DNA of 64,000 bases from Eledone cirrhosa (GCA_964016885.1 OZ024742.1:314836001-314900000), one strand, 5' to 3'. Positions 1 through 14,845 are shown, counted from the stretch's first letter. Numbers and translations are program-made. Notes: generated by a model from the sequence alone, not told the origin.

Positions 1-8
1 ATCCTTAA

Positions 9-87
<79 letters not shown>

Positions 88-131
88 CATATATATATAT
101 GTATATATATATATATACATATATATATATG

Positions 132-209
<78 letters not shown>

Positions 210-238
210 TATATATATATATTTATATATATATATAT
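1..238. repeat. (TA)n microsatellite, representative of dozens of (TA)n/(CA)n/(GA)n tracts in the window
   Basis: Direct; such tracts generate most of the [12 protein letters not shown] ORFs in the track. Confidence 0.99.
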
Positions 239-960
239 GTGTGTGTGCGTGTGTATGTATAAATATATATCTATATCTGTATGTACATAGATATATATAC
301 ATTTCTTTTCATCATTTTTCTAAAGTTTATGGAAGATAGTTTCGTTCTCTTCCCGAGCCTATAAAATATACACCTGTCATGTCTTCAGGAATGTCTAGTG
401 TTATTTTACCATGAATAATATATTTGGGAATACAGATTTACGTTGTCAATTTTATATTCAAAAGTTGCCTGTATTCTGTTTTTTTAAATATTTCTCGAAA
501 TATCATTCAACACTAAAACACACCAACTATTTATTATCTTAGAAAATAAACCACTTATTTACAATCGATTTATAGATTCGAGGAAATTATAAACATTCCT
601 TAATTATATGTTCTAGTTAGCTAATATATTGTTTATATATTCTAGCTAGCTAATATATTGTTTATATGTTCGACATCTATGAACACCCAACTGTGTTAAT
701 ATGAATAGTTTACATATTAATTTGACAAAGATTAATAATCGCATTAATCTTCGATATCGATGCACCTATATGTGATTGAATATAAGATAATTAAATTTGA
801 TGGAATTGTATTTGTAACTACATATTTAATTGATTTATTTGAGTTAATACATAAATTAGTTATCATTTGGAAATTTATGTAATATCGATGTTTAATGAAG
901 TGTTTAATTAACTAGAATTATATTTAAGTTATAATAGTAAAGCGCATGGTTTAGCGTGAA

Positions 961-1100
961 GGCGCATGGCTTACTGGTTAGAGCATTGAGCTTGCAATCG
1001 AAAGGTTGTGAGTTCAATTCTCGGACCGGGTGATGTGTTGTTTCCTTGAGCAAGACACTTTATCTCACGTTGCTTCAGTTTGCTCAGCTGTAGAAATGAG
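961..1100 (+). mobile_element. tRNA-derived CORE-type SINE, 5' part
   Basis: A box TGGCTTACTGG, B box GAGTTCAATTC, then CORE-like TTCCTTGAGCAAGACACTT. Confidence 0.8.
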
Positions 1101-1412
1101 ATGGTAGGACTGAGATCCCTATCATTAAATCACCCAAAACACCTCCAGCGAGATATCCCTTGGAGGAGGCCAGCTAAACCTGCATAGGTGTGAGCTGTCA
1201 CACACACACACACACACAGGAAAGAAATTATAAAAAAATCCGATATTCAGATCAAACCACAGAAACTGTTCCCCTTAGGTGTTTTTTTTACAACCCCTGA
1301 CAGAAGTATCAATTATTTTCCGGTGACAGGATGTAGGATTTGTTTTCTAAAGTTACAGAACCGGAACATATACCAGCGCTTTGATAATTCCATTAATTTA
1401 GCAACATTTGGT

Positions 1413-1520
1413 TTAGTACTATATTTATCGATCTTTACGAAATGAAAGGCAACGTTGACATCGATGGGATTTGAACTCGAAGCTTAAAGATATTCTAACA
1501 CCTCTGTCAATTCATCGCCG
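1413..1520 (-). mobile_element. degenerate copy of the main tRNA-derived SINE
   Basis: Reverse complement resembles GAGTTCAAATCCC..GCCTTTCAT..GATAAA..GTAC of copies at 17122 and 61743. Confidence 0.6.
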
Positions 1521-2049
1521 CATAATGTACTATTATGCAATCAGTTATCAAAGTATAATATTATGATAATGCTTTTATAGTTCACAGTAAATTAATCCCT
1601 AATGAATCGAGTGGTTAAAAGAAAGTATAAAATGGTTCATGATATAACCTATGGTGCGCATCAAGTGTTAAACAACTAAATAGGTTATTTACATGAAGCA
1701 TATAACCAAACATTTAGCATACTTTGTGATAGGTTCAGCAACTCCATTCAGTGAATTAATAAGTGCTAGGATTAAAGAGTACATTAGTGATGTTGTGTGA
1801 TTATGTGATAGAAAGTGTTCCGGTGCTATTATTGTGATATAAGGTGTGGCTATTCGTCACCGAGTGATTGATGTGTACTATATCATCTAAATTGCAGATA
1901 GTTATACATGGCACTGTACAGATATGAAATATATTAGTAAATGCAAAGCTGGAAATGTTTTAGTGATAACGGATAGTAATCATAATTACAAAATATTACG
2001 TTAATTGTATAAAAGTGTTGTATTGACATAGTCGTTTGATATACATATA

Positions 2050-2082
<33 letters not shown>

Positions 2083-2127
2083 GTATATATATATATACAT
2101 ATATATAGATATACATATATATATATG

Positions 2128-2158
<31 letters not shown>

Positions 2159-2176
2159 GTATATATATTTATATAC

Positions 2177-2269
<93 letters not shown>

Positions 2270-2314
2270 TAAATATATACACACGGGTGTGTATCATTAT
2301 GTATAGAAGATTAT

Positions 2315-2683
2315 ATTAATAAAAGGAATTCCAACTTTGTCTGATTTACTCGTTTTATTTACAATCCTTTAAAATTATAATGGTATTAGAATGAAATAGT
2401 ATGGTAGAATATTAAGTGTTAATTGAAAAAGTACTTTCATGCTTTCGCAATCTTCAGGTTCGTATTCTGTGGTGACAGTCAAGTTTGCAATTTTCAACTG
2501 TGAAAATTGCAAAATTGACTGTCACCACAGAATACGAACCTGAAGATTGCGAAAGCATGAAAGTACTTGTTCAATTAACACCTAACATTTAATATTCTAC
2601 CATACTATTTCATTCTAATACCATTATAGTTTTAAAGGATTGTAAATAAAACGAGTAAATCAGACAAAGTTGGATTCCTTTTA

Positions 2684-2689
<6 letters not shown>
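2315..2689. mobile_element. foldback element (~180 bp arms, ACTG spacer at 2497-2500) with an HHR in each arm, between (TA)n tracts
   Basis: Near-perfect inverted repeat read directly. Confidence 0.9.
2536..2572 (+). ncRNA. minimal type I hammerhead ribozyme
   Basis: GAAC-CTGAAGA-T TGC GAAA GCA T-GAAA-GTAC-TT^GTTC; stem I GAAC/GTTC, palindromic stem III AGTACT, U-U at 10.1/11.1. Confidence 0.8.
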
Positions 2690-2769
<80 letters not shown>

Positions 2770-2782
2770 CATATATATATAC

Positions 2783-2851
<69 letters not shown>

Positions 2852-2866
2852 TATATATATATAAAT

Positions 2867-2905
<39 letters not shown>

Positions 2906-2956
2906 TATACATAAATATATATATACATATATATATATACATATATATATATATAC

Positions 2957-2987
<31 letters not shown>

Positions 2988-2992
2988 CATAA

Positions 2993-3043
<51 letters not shown>

Positions 3044-3072
3044 CATATATATATACATATATATATATATAC

Positions 3073-3116
<44 letters not shown>

Positions 3117-3121
<5 letters not shown>

Positions 3122-3507
3122 AAGAAAGAAGGGTAACATGGTTGGCTGTACAATAAGGGCTTTATTCAAAGTGCTGACAATTCTTTCGTTGATCTGGTGC
3201 GTCTAGAGTTCGCTAATCGCTTGATGCTGCGTCAATCGATCTCCAATACGTTGTTTACAACTAGTCAATACATCAGAGCAAGTGGATATATCAAGCCCTT
3301 ATTGTACAGCCAACCATGTTACTCTTCATTCTTTAACTATTATTACTCCAAGTATAACCTACATAGAAATTACCGCAAACTCGCTGCATCACTGTGGAAG
3401 CGTCTTGTTGAGTCAAACTAAGCCGCACGTTAAAACCATCCACAACACGGAGTACTCTAACTGGACTACCTCTAAGTGGATCACCTATAACGATAACTTC
3501 TTATCCC

Positions 3508-3508
<1 letters not shown>
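3117..3508. mobile_element. asymmetric foldback element (47 bp arms) with a degenerate minus-strand HHR at 3172-3280
   Basis: Arms ~3117-3162 and 3293-3339; minus strand TGCT-CTGATGT-ATTGA..TCAAC-GAAA-GAATTG-TC^AGCA; (TA)n on both sides. Confidence 0.6.
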
Positions 3509-3604
<96 letters not shown>

Positions 3605-3978
3605 AGTGTGTGTGTGTATCAAATTCTCAAAAGATGATAACTAAAACTGCTTTCTATATATAAAGAATAGCTTTTATAGTGTTAGCTAAGATGAGACTCA
3701 AAGCAGAGTAGAGAAGCGCGGGCGTATTTTAGGTTGCTCTGCTATGTCAATTGTTTCGAAACCGATCATCTCATGGTTCGATCATAATGCAATAAAGTTT
3801 ATTTATAGTGCAAAGTTGACTTCGTTCCTGCTTACTTTGATTTGGACTCTCCATGTTACAGCCGCCTTAATCCTGAAGTACACTGAAATATAAACCCTAC
3901 ATGAAGCGAATCCTTGAAATAGCATTCATTCCTTTAAGCGTCGAAATACCGGTATCAATATGTTTACATATATATAGC

Positions 3979-4036
<58 letters not shown>

Positions 4037-4290
4037 GTATACATCGATCCAGCAATATGTGTATGGATATATGTGCGTGTCAGTGTGTTTGTGTGTGCAT
4101 ATGTGCAATACATATGCCTGAATTGTAGAGAAATTAAAAAGAATATTGAGACAATGTCTGATATTGAAATAATGCAAATATTGATACAATATATCTAAAT
4201 TTCCGATTCAATATATCAAGAAAAGCTTAAATTATATATATATATATATATTGTTATACTTGGGGAGGGTCATATTTATGTATAAATAAG

Positions 4291-4456
<166 letters not shown>

Positions 4457-5261
4457 GGTTTTAAAAGTTGTGACCGTATTGATAGACAGATTGTTAAATA
4501 TATTCATATATAATTTGGTATTTTATTTATGAAAAATCTCTTCCGCCTCATTTGGAGTGTGAAGTGTGAAGAAGTGCAAACATAAAACAGTGCGACACTT
4601 ACCCTTATTGCACTTACCCTGATGGCACTATTCTTCCTATCACCAGGTGGGATGGGAGAGGACATTGCGGGCTAGTTGATATAAGATCAATAATATTAGT
4701 CGCAATTTTTGCTCAGAGTTCTCCGGGTACTTTGATTTACGATATCCTTTGATGGAATATAAATGAAGGAAATAATGTTACGGTAAACTGATCATTAAGG
4801 AATAGGGGCAGGGAAGCAGGCTGGTGGGTGGGAAGTTAGATAAGTAGATGGGTAAGCTTGGTTGGTTGATTGGTTGTTAGGTTGGTAGGTTGGTTGGTTG
4901 TTTGGTTTGTTGGCTGTTGGATTTGTTGGTTGTTTCAAAGAGTTCGTAGACTAGTTGGTTCAGAGGGTTGTTTCTTAGCTTGATGGGTGGTTTCTTGATG
5001 GTTTGTAGCTTATTTCGTTCGATGGCTGTTTATTTCAAGAAAAGGGCAACTTGTAAATGTGTAGGTGTTTCGTTACTGTGATGAAATTTGAAGAGTTGCC
5101 TTATGGATACGGGCGAATAAATAATACGATAATAGTGTTTAAACATTTATGACTACAAAAGTAACAACCACAATAACTTCTATGAGCCTAGTTTAAGGTG
5201 TTAAGGTATATTAGAGGTAAGAAGTTTATATTTAAGAGAGCTCTTGTGCATCTAGTACGTG

Positions 5262-5428
5262 TCATGGAATTGTGTGGTTTGTGTTTTGTAAATAGACTGG
5301 ATGAAGTCTTATTCCGGAACGAGTATGGAAATTCCGAAGTATATCTATTTGTTGTATTTGATGTCGAATCCAGGTGATTTTTTCTTTACAGTGCCCATGT
5401 ATTTCCAGTACGAAGTCTCTGCAGATGT
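5262..5428 (-). CDS. putative terminal coding exon of unidentified host gene (DICRDFVLEIHG...NHTIP*)
   Basis: Acceptor ttcattgcAG; phase-1 entry matches exon 10583-10520; open to TGA; non-repetitive. Confidence 0.55.
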
Positions 5429-5591
5429 CTGCAATGAAATTATACAACATATCAATATATAAACATGTACAAGATTTTACATAAATATATGAATATATAC
5501 GTGTATCTCAATATTACGCTTAGGTTCCATCATGTAACAAGAAATTATGAGTTTCATATGATCAGAACATGCATATATATATATATATGTA

Positions 5592-5629
<38 letters not shown>

Positions 5630-5834
5630 GTGTGTGTGTGTGTGCGTGTGTGTGTGTGTACGTGTATGAGTGCGTGTATATGTGTGTATATGTATGTGTG
5701 TGTATATATATATATATGTGTGTGTGTGTATTTGTATGTGCATGTATGCGCTAGCGAATATTTATGCACAGGCCTAAATCTATTTTAAAAACCGCTGCCA
5801 TTTTCGTTTAACAACTTTATGTACATTATTCTTA

Positions 5835-5923
5835 AACTCCTTTCATCCTTACGGGGTCAATAAAATAAAGTACCAGTAATGCACTGCGTAATTGCTGGCC
5901 TTGTGCCAAAAGTAAAAACAATT
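5835..5923 (+). mobile_element. 5'-truncated tRNA-derived SINE
   Basis: CCTTTCATCCTTACGGGGTC..GCTGGCCTTGTGCCAAAAGT matches family 3' half. Confidence 0.85.
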
Positions 5924-6156
5924 GGTTATTCGAAATAGAATATTAATCTAACGACTCGATTTATACCATAAATGTGTTTTTTGTCTTTGCAAGAAATCGT
6001 TCTTCTCGTTCCCCCATAACGACGTAATTTTTTTCCGTTTTTTTCCGTTCAATGCTAGGGAAGATCTTTGCGAACCAAAGTATCGTTTTCCTATTTTCCA
6101 TCGGTTGTAACATTTTTCGAAATATTTACTTCTGCGTCCACAGATTGATTTCTTTT

Positions 6157-6198
6157 AGTTTCAGAAGATCCCGTTAAGGGTGAAAGGAGCTATTCTTT
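6157..6198 (+). ncRNA. truncated CAGAAGA-core HHR-like motif
   Basis: AGTTT-CAGAAGA-TCCCGTTAAGGGT-GAAA; 3' strand lost. Confidence 0.55.
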
Positions 6199-7391
6199 AT
6201 ATATGCATGAGAAAATATTCATGAGAAAATATTCCACTGTGTGATGTTCATTGGGTTTCACTCCGCCACTGTTCTGATCATATGAAACTCATAATTTCTC
6301 GTTACATAATAGAACGTAAGCGTAATATTGAGATGTAAATTAGATCAGTTTTATAGATTCCTGTTCTGGGTCACATTGTTGAACACCCAACAGTTATAAC
6401 ATTTTATTTTATCTTATATTTCAAAATCGTGTGGAAAATACATATAGTTGTATATTCCGTACAGTTAATTGACCTCTTAAGTAGCCGGAACCCACAGCAC
6501 CAATAGCAACAAAGAATAAACTAAATAAATAAACGAGTAATGCTAGGAGTATCGATAATGAGTTCTATAGCAGAAATCTATTAAAAATATATACTTTATT
6601 TTTTCGTTGATAAAAAGCCAAGGAACACAGTTATGGCCCCCTCTGTATAGTGGAGCAGTCATTCCTATACTGGCTCTCTCATCAGGCGCTAGGAGAAAAT
6701 TAAAATAAAAACCCTTAGCTCATGGAATATTGTGTTATCCCGGGGGTGAGTTATTTTTCAAGAGAATCAACTCTCAACAACATTCAAATGCTACGGCGCT
6801 AGAATCTTTGAATCCCACGTATGTGAAATATGTGCCTGGCTTAAGTTATAAGTTAATCTATGTGTATATGAAATATTATCGTGACTTGATTTCTAAGTTA
6901 TTTATAACAAAATCTTAAAAAGCCTAAATGACTTCGTTACAATACGGAAAATAACACATATTATAGACTTAAAAAAGCATAATAGATAATTCTCACTGGG
7001 AAATATAATTTGCTTCTCTTGTGCATAATTAAAGTTGTATAGTTAGGTTTGAATATAAATGTGTGGGTGTTACTTAATGTGTTACTTAAGGAATTATGCA
7101 CAATCTAAACCACTTCTAAGAGTATCCTAAAATTTAAAATCTGAACACTAAGAAAAAGAAAGCGAATTGTAAGAATGGTAGCTAGAGTGCCTGAGGATGA
7201 CTGCATTAGCAAAATTAAAATGCCCTATACTGGCAGAAGTTTGAAACATCAGGTAACATGTATTTGTGTTGAGATTTATTCATATAATAATTGGGTCTGT
7301 ACATTTCAAAAAGGACTTTGTTTTCCTTGATCTATTTCTTCGAAAACTCTTGGCACTATACACACACACACATACACACACACACAGACAC

Positions 7392-7500
<109 letters not shown>

Positions 7501-9199
7501 AATATATATGTATATATATACGTATATATATATGATATCATTTTATTGTGACAACTGTTAAATATGTGAGTGATATAAACCATATATTTCCTTTTGCGGT
7601 TTTACTATCTTCACATTCAGTGAAATGCACTTTCATCACATTATACATATTTCTGAAATACACTCACATTTCATTAATATTCACTATATTTTGATAATTC
7701 TGAAAATATTTCATTACCAAATTTATTTCCTTTTTGTCTACATTGTTGGCAACAACTCAACGTACATATGATTCCAAAACGTCTCTTCATATTTTATGGA
7801 ATAAAATTATGCTAAAAACCTTTTTGGACCAACTTCAAACTAATATCAATTTTTTTCTCATACAATTTTCCTTTTGTCATTTTTACAATATTTTAACATA
7901 ACTTCAACTACGAATTAGAAAAGTGAACTGTTTTTGAGATCCTATTTAAAAAGTGTGTAACCTAGCAACGGTTGTTTCAATCACTGGTGTATAATCGATA
8001 TTCCTAGGACTTGTCTGTATTGTTAGTTTGGTGTCGAATTTGTGTATTCTACTGATAAATGACTAGTGATTCATGAGGTCAGATAATATTGAGACGGCCT
8101 CTACTAATGGGAATTAACTTCTGTGATATAACCTCATTGTTGGTCCACCACCATATAAATGGAATAATTTTCTATACTATTACATAAAAGATGACAACAT
8201 TCGTATGTTATTCAGGGAAATCAAACTTGTTGAACTCAAACAAGTATCCACAACGATTACCCTATACGACATAGCTAGCGCATTTAGTATAATCAATGTA
8301 TTACTAAACTAACGGAATATGTAGATATCTTCATAAATATTACAAATGTAGGTAATGGGTGAAGAGTGCCTGGTCGGTAGTAACCTTTACAAAATGCACT
8401 TAGGATATATTTTTACGTAGAATTTAACCTTATAGATATATGTTAGATTGCTGAAGAATCTAATAGAACCACTATAATATTATCCATAAGCTGTTCGATG
8501 CCAATGCCTTGCTTACTCCTGAAAATACCATAAAATGCTGCAACCATACATTCGATGAGATTTTTGCCTCGTTACTGCTTGATAAAAAGCAGTTAAGTAT
8601 ACATTATTGAGAGCAACAATGTTGTTATGATTTTATATTTTATATCAATCATATCATTTGATATATGTGAATTATAGAAAGCCTAAACAATTTCAAAACT
8701 TAGGCAAAGGGTACAGAAAGCAGAAGAATTAACAACTTCAGTGTATTCGACCTCGTTGATATTTAATTGGTATAATATTTAAATTCAACTGCCTTTAATC
8801 TATGTTTTGGTGATAGACCTTGATGTCTTGTAGAAGTGAGATATTCGCATATGACCGTAATATGCAGTCGATTTAGTATAGTCATTAAGAATATTGAATA
8901 TTTGTTGCGGCTCTGCATTCCGTGTTCAAGATTGACAGAGTATTTTTGTCTGGTCACGACTGCATGGGTTCCGAGAGTGACGCTTGTAGATATTTTTATA
9001 ACAATGTTGAATATCCAAATTTATTATATACAGATAAAGATAAAGATAATAGTTTCAAATAGATATAACCTTATCTATGAGAGATTATCAGACTTATGTA
9101 ATTCATCCGTGTATCTGGTAACTATCTTCGTTCCTTTCTGCTCACATTTTCTATTTTAACATAAATAAGTTAAATTCCAAATCTAAATCCTAGGCCCTT

Positions 9200-9480
9200 C
9201 TCACTCTTTTTTGCTATCTCTGGCAAGACTGGCCATATGGGGCCGAAATATCGGGTCAAATTATTGCGACATCTTGCCTTTGGTTTTTCTCAACTACCGT
9301 GGTTTCCCTTCTGTAACTGTAATAGTCTATCTGTTGCCTCTGAGACGAGTGACATGGCCAGAACACCTATGCTTGCCCTTCTTGTTGGTCCTGATTGCAT
9401 CATTCACTCGAGACTGCCGTCGAATCTAAATGTTTCTCCCCCTGTTACGTAAAATGACGCCGAGCATGATTCCCTCCGTT
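9200..9480 (-). mobile_element. old RTE-clade LINE 3' coding remnant
   Basis: Minus translation ..SGHVTRLRGNR*TITVTEGKPR.. resembles the RTE C-terminal WAGHVAR..RWT..VTEW.PR pattern. Confidence 0.55.
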
Positions 9481-10151
9481 TTAAGTGTTAATAATATCAG
9501 GAATACCCACCGAAATATGTTTCAGCTTTATTGACTGTCACTGAGCGTTTGTTTGCACACAAAAGGAGTCATTAATATATCTCTATTAATCTGTTATTAA
9601 ATGTGTTATGTATTAAGCAAAGGTTAATCACGGTTTGTATGTCAAATATCTTACTGACTAACTCACATTTAATACACAATGCTGGTCACTTAATATGTTG
9701 ATGTATGGGTATCATAAGCCACAATCTCTTATCAATCATTTAAAATAAAACTCTACCGTAATTAATTCTTCTTAGATGCGTGGATCCATATGGTCTACCA
9801 GTTAAGTTAGGGCAAAATATGTATCGACGCATATTCAATAATTGGTCAATAATAGATGTCATTTGAGTCAGTGATTAATGGTAATGAATAGTGATGTTTT
9901 TTTTTCTCTTAAAGTGCTCATATTAGATTATTTGTGATTAGACAAATTAACAATTACATATGCAAATCCTATTAAAAATTGTCCGTAGCTTAACGAACGA
10001 ATACTTCATAAAACTAGTCGTTGGTTTAAACATCAATTATATAATCACTGATCATACAAATAAATGTGAATTCTTAGAGGTTGAAAAAATGTATCAGCCT
10101 CATATCCAAAAGTATATCTCAAACTAACAAGAAATATACTGTAAAAAAACT

Positions 10152-10239
10152 CTACTACTACTACTACTATAACAACAACAACTACTACTACTACTACTAC
10201 TAATACTACGTCTACTACAACTACTACTACTACTACTAT

Positions 10240-10295
<56 letters not shown>

Positions 10296-10296
10296 T

Positions 10297-10336
<40 letters not shown>
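10152..10336. repeat. (ACT)n microsatellite
   Basis: Direct; source of the poly-V and poly-S ORFs. Confidence 0.97.
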
Positions 10337-10338
<2 letters not shown>

Positions 10339-10519
10339 ACACAATATATTTAATACTTTAGTTATTCTCAGAAATATGCGTGAATCAAGCGGTTCCTACT
10401 CGAATTCTTAGTTGGTAAAAACAATAATGCATTTGTAAAAACATGAGAAAAGAACATAATTATATACATCTTGATATAAAAATAATCACTGTGTTGCGAC
10501 TTAAAACAGAAATAATTAC

Positions 10520-10583
10520 CGATGATGATGGATCCTCCATCGATTTCGGCGATGAGCATTCCATTATTCGATAAAATGAACGT
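10520..10583 (-). CDS. putative 64-nt internal exon (TFILSNNGMLIAEIDGGSIII)
   Basis: tactttatAG acceptor, G|GTAATT donor; phase 0 to 1 fits both neighbours. Confidence 0.6.
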
Positions 10584-10999
10584 CTATAAAGTAACGATTA
10601 AGTTGATATGTTGTCTATAGATACATGTTCTCTTAACGCAATTTCGAAACTGAATCAGCACGATGCAACATGTGATAAGGAAGAACCTTTGAATTATAGG
10701 TATAAACCAACTGACGAGTGACCACTTTGTTTCTGTTCATAACTATGAAGGCTTAAGTAAACTCGAGATTATTGTATAATTATCTGCCTAATATGCCATG
10801 TAGAGGAATCATACCGGCACCTTCATGACTGTGAAGGGAACCTCTTAACGATTCATCCATACATAGTAAATGTATTTACGTTGTAAATGATCAAACAAAA
10901 GCCAAACTCAAATCGGAGGTGTTACAAATGTGCACGGCAATCTGTAAATATCATATAATACTCTCAATAGAATACCCCAATCCAATCCAATGAAGTGCC

Positions 11000-11320
11000 T
11001 TCTTACTCCCGTTGGAGGAACCACTTTCTCGTTGACATCCACCGTTTTCTGTTTCGTTTCGGTTTGGTCATGTCATGAGTGTAGCCGTACTCACCACACT
11101 TTGCCAATTGCAAGTTGGTGAGATTATTTAACTCATAGTTGGGGTGGATGGCCATTGACTCTGACTTCATCCAACCTTTTAACGGATCTTGATTCTTTGC
11201 TGCAATGGTTCCACTTATCCTCTTCACCATATACAGATTTCGGTGGGGAAGCCGATTTAGTCCAAGACAACTCGACTATGACACAGGTTGTACAGAGATC
11301 CTGCAAAATTTGGTCGTGTT
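11000..11320 (-). mobile_element. 5' leader of a diverged RTE-related element
   Basis: Colinear blocks TACAACCTGT, GACTAAA, CCCCACC..TGGTGA.GAGG, GAGTCAATGGCCATCCA shared with the leader at 28025. Confidence 0.65.
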
Positions 11321-11492
11321 GAATATTTTCCTCCGTCGCAAACGAAACAGTGGGTACATAAACAGCAATAACTCACGAATGACTCATCCGATGATGTTGA
11401 AACAAGCATGTACGTGCAGCGAAGTCAGTACGCAACATGTCTACATGCATTGTACATAGGGAAATCACTAACTTTACTATTATATATATATA

Positions 11493-11590
11493 TAGGGAAA
11501 AGGTCAGGACACCGACGGCAGAGCTCAAGCCATTTCGACGGCTATTTCTGGACTAAATTAACTTTTTAGCGTGGTGTTGATATAGCCCGT
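11493..11590 (-). mobile_element. PLE pseudo-LTR fragment with 3' half of HHR
   Basis: Matches 19467-19560; related fragments at 12770-12820(+), 17629-17680(-), 18348-18455, 61120-61260(-). Confidence 0.8.
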
Positions 11591-11756
11591 ACATTATATA
11601 TACATAATGTACGAAGCCGAAAGCAAGTGTTCAAGCGCGGAAATGCTATAAACATAGCTTAGAAAATAACGTGAACACCCTTAAATGATGGCAAAAGACG
11701 TTGCCATTGGTCGCTATGAGGAATTTAACCCCATATCATCCAGAAACCTGCTAGAC

Positions 11757-12544
11757 CAAAGGTTCTCAACGGGGGGCATATGCACCCCCGGGTCTGTTTC
11801 GGAACTCCAGGGGGGCGTTTGGGAGCAAGGTCACGTTAGGGGGGCGTTTGGAGCTGGGGGAGGGGGGTTAGGGGCGTTGGAAGGCTCTTTATTTTGGTAA
11901 GTTTTATAAGCCATATTTGTATGTCTTTGAGACGGCCAGTGTGAATGCATTTGAATGAGCTTGCAGACAGCATAACTATAGTCTGACCGCAGCTGTGAGC
12001 AGGTGTGCAGGCATGTGTGGTAATTGAGACGTTAACCAGTAATTGAGATCCTAAAAATGGAAAAACCCACAGTCAATTGGGTCAAAGATACTTTGAGCGC
12101 AGCCAGTTAGCATTTTATTTTTCCTTCACCGATAACAATGTAGTGCATATCTGAAATTATTGACTCAACCGTAACGAGTTAACACTATGTAGATCTATTT
12201 TATTCCCTATGGTATAAATAATATTACAAATAAAAAAAAAAGAAAAGAAAAAACAGAAGCGAATAGCACACACATCTAGGACCACATACAACACATAATC
12301 AGATAATACACACATCTAGGACCACATACAACACATAATCAGATAATACACACATCTAGGACCACATACAGCACATAATCAGATAATACACACATCTTTG
12401 GAATATTGTTAATCAATTTTTTAGTAATCTACTGATATAAAAATCAGTAGTATATTGAAAAATAGAAAAATAGGGGGAGGGGGGCGTTTCGTGATTTCGA
12501 GGGACAAAAGGGGGCGTTTGGCCTAAATGGGTTGAGAACCTGTG
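11757..12544. mobile_element. non-autonomous hAT/Charlie-like element
   Basis: TIRs CAAAGGTTCTCAAC / GTTGAGAACCTGTG; perfect 8-bp TSD TGCTAGAC at 11749-11756 and 12545-12552. Confidence 0.93.
12268..12397. repeat. 40-bp minisatellite, ~3.2 units, inside the hAT element
   Basis: Unit ACACACATCTAGGACCACATACAACACATAATCAGATAAT. Confidence 0.97.
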
Positions 12545-12737
12545 TGCTAGACGATTTAATCATTAAACTAAGAAGCCTTCGACGAAATCCTTCTTGTCGT
12601 TTTTAACTAGATAACTGGGCAACAACGTTTATATGTCAGCAGGCAGGGAAGACACCGTCAGCCAGACATCCGTATGTAAACAAATAATGTACGATGTCGA
12701 ATTTTCAGTTTTTTTGAAGAGCTGAGACTATATGTAT

Positions 12738-12771
<34 letters not shown>

Positions 12772-12819
12772 TAGCCGTCGAAACGGCTTGAGCTCAGCCG
12801 TCGGGGTCTTACTGGTTCC

Positions 12820-12854
<35 letters not shown>

Positions 12855-12909
12855 GTATATATATATATATATAAATATATATATACATATATATATATAT
12901 ATGTGTGTA

Positions 12910-12952
<43 letters not shown>

Positions 12953-14678
12953 TAGTATAAGTATAAAGAAAGTATAAAGTGCTCCAGCACAGAAATGCTA
13001 TAAAAATAGTTAATACAATAGGGTGAAGAACCTTAAAAACAGAAAAAGAAGTTACCATCGGTCGCTATGAAGAATTGAACCCCGTATCTTCCAGATATCG
13101 GCTATCCGTAGACAGAGGAACCTCTGAGACATCACATCACGCAATTCTTGGATTCTGTGTGATTGTATAAACCATTAATCTAAAGAGTTTTTGACCAGCA
13201 ATTCCGTCTTTTTGGAGGATTTTAAAGCTCGAATGGGACGCACTCACTTCAAATTTTCCCAGCTCTTTGTAAGTCAACACTTTTGTAAAAGTATGTGAGT
13301 TGGAACTAAAATGGAGTATTGTTTTCGTTTATATGGGTGTTTTACCCGATTTTCTAAGATATATTCACAATTATTTCCTACGTTCAAGATGTTCTACATT
13401 TTGTAAACATTTCAACTCACTTGACGTTCAAGTGTTTATTTACAAATAAACACCTTCAATTTATGATGGTAAATATCATCCGAGGTCATTTGGTTCTATA
13501 GTATAGAGCGCTTATCCAGAATTTGGAAGGTACAGAGTTCGTTTTTCTGTAGTAGCTATGACCACTTTTAACCGATGTTCTAAAATATTTTCACAGTTAT
13601 TTCCAACATTCGAGATTTTATCCATGTTCTAAGCATATATATATATATGTGTGTGTGATGAGTCGATATGTCTTTAGGTTAAAGGATGACACTGAGTTTA
13701 TTACAGTTCTCTGTACCCTGAGATGTTTTTTAACTTCCGAGTTCAACTTTGCTTTTCAAAGTTTTGGGTTGATAAATAATCTTCCAACCCACCGTCTGTG
13801 GATTGGTAGTTTATCTGAAGGAAATGTGCCTTAAGTCGGGTATTCCAATATGACCAATCACTCCAAACGTTTTCAGAAAATCTTAATGCCATGGATGGAG
13901 ATATTAAAGAGATTTGCCAGGAATTAAAACCTTACTCTATATATGGTTGGATATTTACTGCTATCAACGGCACCATCATCCTAAATTATATTTATATTCA
14001 AATCCATATTATACAAGGAATGCTACTTTTCTATACACGCTATAAATTATAGGATTATTCAGCTACAGTTAGCTAACATAAAACCAGAATCTAGATCCAC
14101 ATCTACGCACCACTCACTAACAATGGGATAAGTAACTACTAACACATTTCATGAATGTAATGTCATTTGCATGGTAATAAAAAGGTGTTAAAGCAATAAC
14201 AGCAATAGCAATATTAATGGCAATAACGGTAATAGCATTAATGTAAATAGTATAAATAGAAATATTAACACCTAAGATAAAGCACATCACTGAAGTTGTT
14301 TTAAAAATAATGTAACAAAAAATAGAAGTTTCAGTAACGTTCACAAAACATATTGCAGCTAACAAGAACGAAGATAAAACATTAAAAAGTGAATTTCAAA
14401 GTATCTCTTTCTTCGTTAGATCAAGTACAATTTACGCAAGGCAATGTCATTGGATAATATACAAAAGTATATTAGTGTTTTTATACATCTATAATATTCA
14501 TATTTACACACATATATACAAGGTAATTTGGATAATTCTGAATAATGATTAAAATAAAGGCAATACCAGAAATACTTTGTCCCTGGACCAACGGGACGAA
14601 ACTACACACATTGATTAATTTCATTTGATACCAGGCTGGGTACATTTAAAATAATAATAGACACAGCAGAAAGGACAT

Positions 14679-14845
14679 CTGTCGGTTTTAACGATGAGTG
14701 TTCTAGTTGGTTGACTAAAGGAATAGCCTGCATGTAAAATTAATGTGTAAGTGGCTGAACATTATATACACACATGAATATTCTCAACGTAATTTTCGAG
14801 AGGATTCAGTGGGACAAGCTTGGCTTATTGAATTGCAGGTACAAT
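14679..14845 (-). mobile_element. degenerate SINE body fragment, probably 3' part of the CORE-type family
   Basis: Recalled similarity to a common octopus repeat; not verifiable within the window. Confidence 0.45.

Noticed and set aside
1934-3153. Long [12 protein letters not shown] ORFs here and throughout
   Set aside because: Stop-free frames of dinucleotide microsatellites.
5506-6334. Single element bounded by ~63-bp inverted repeats
   Set aside because: Interior is unrelated repeats and no TSD is visible; more likely two fragments of one family.
12268-12397. CRISPR-like array
   Set aside because: Contiguous tandem units without spacers, inside a eukaryotic transposon.
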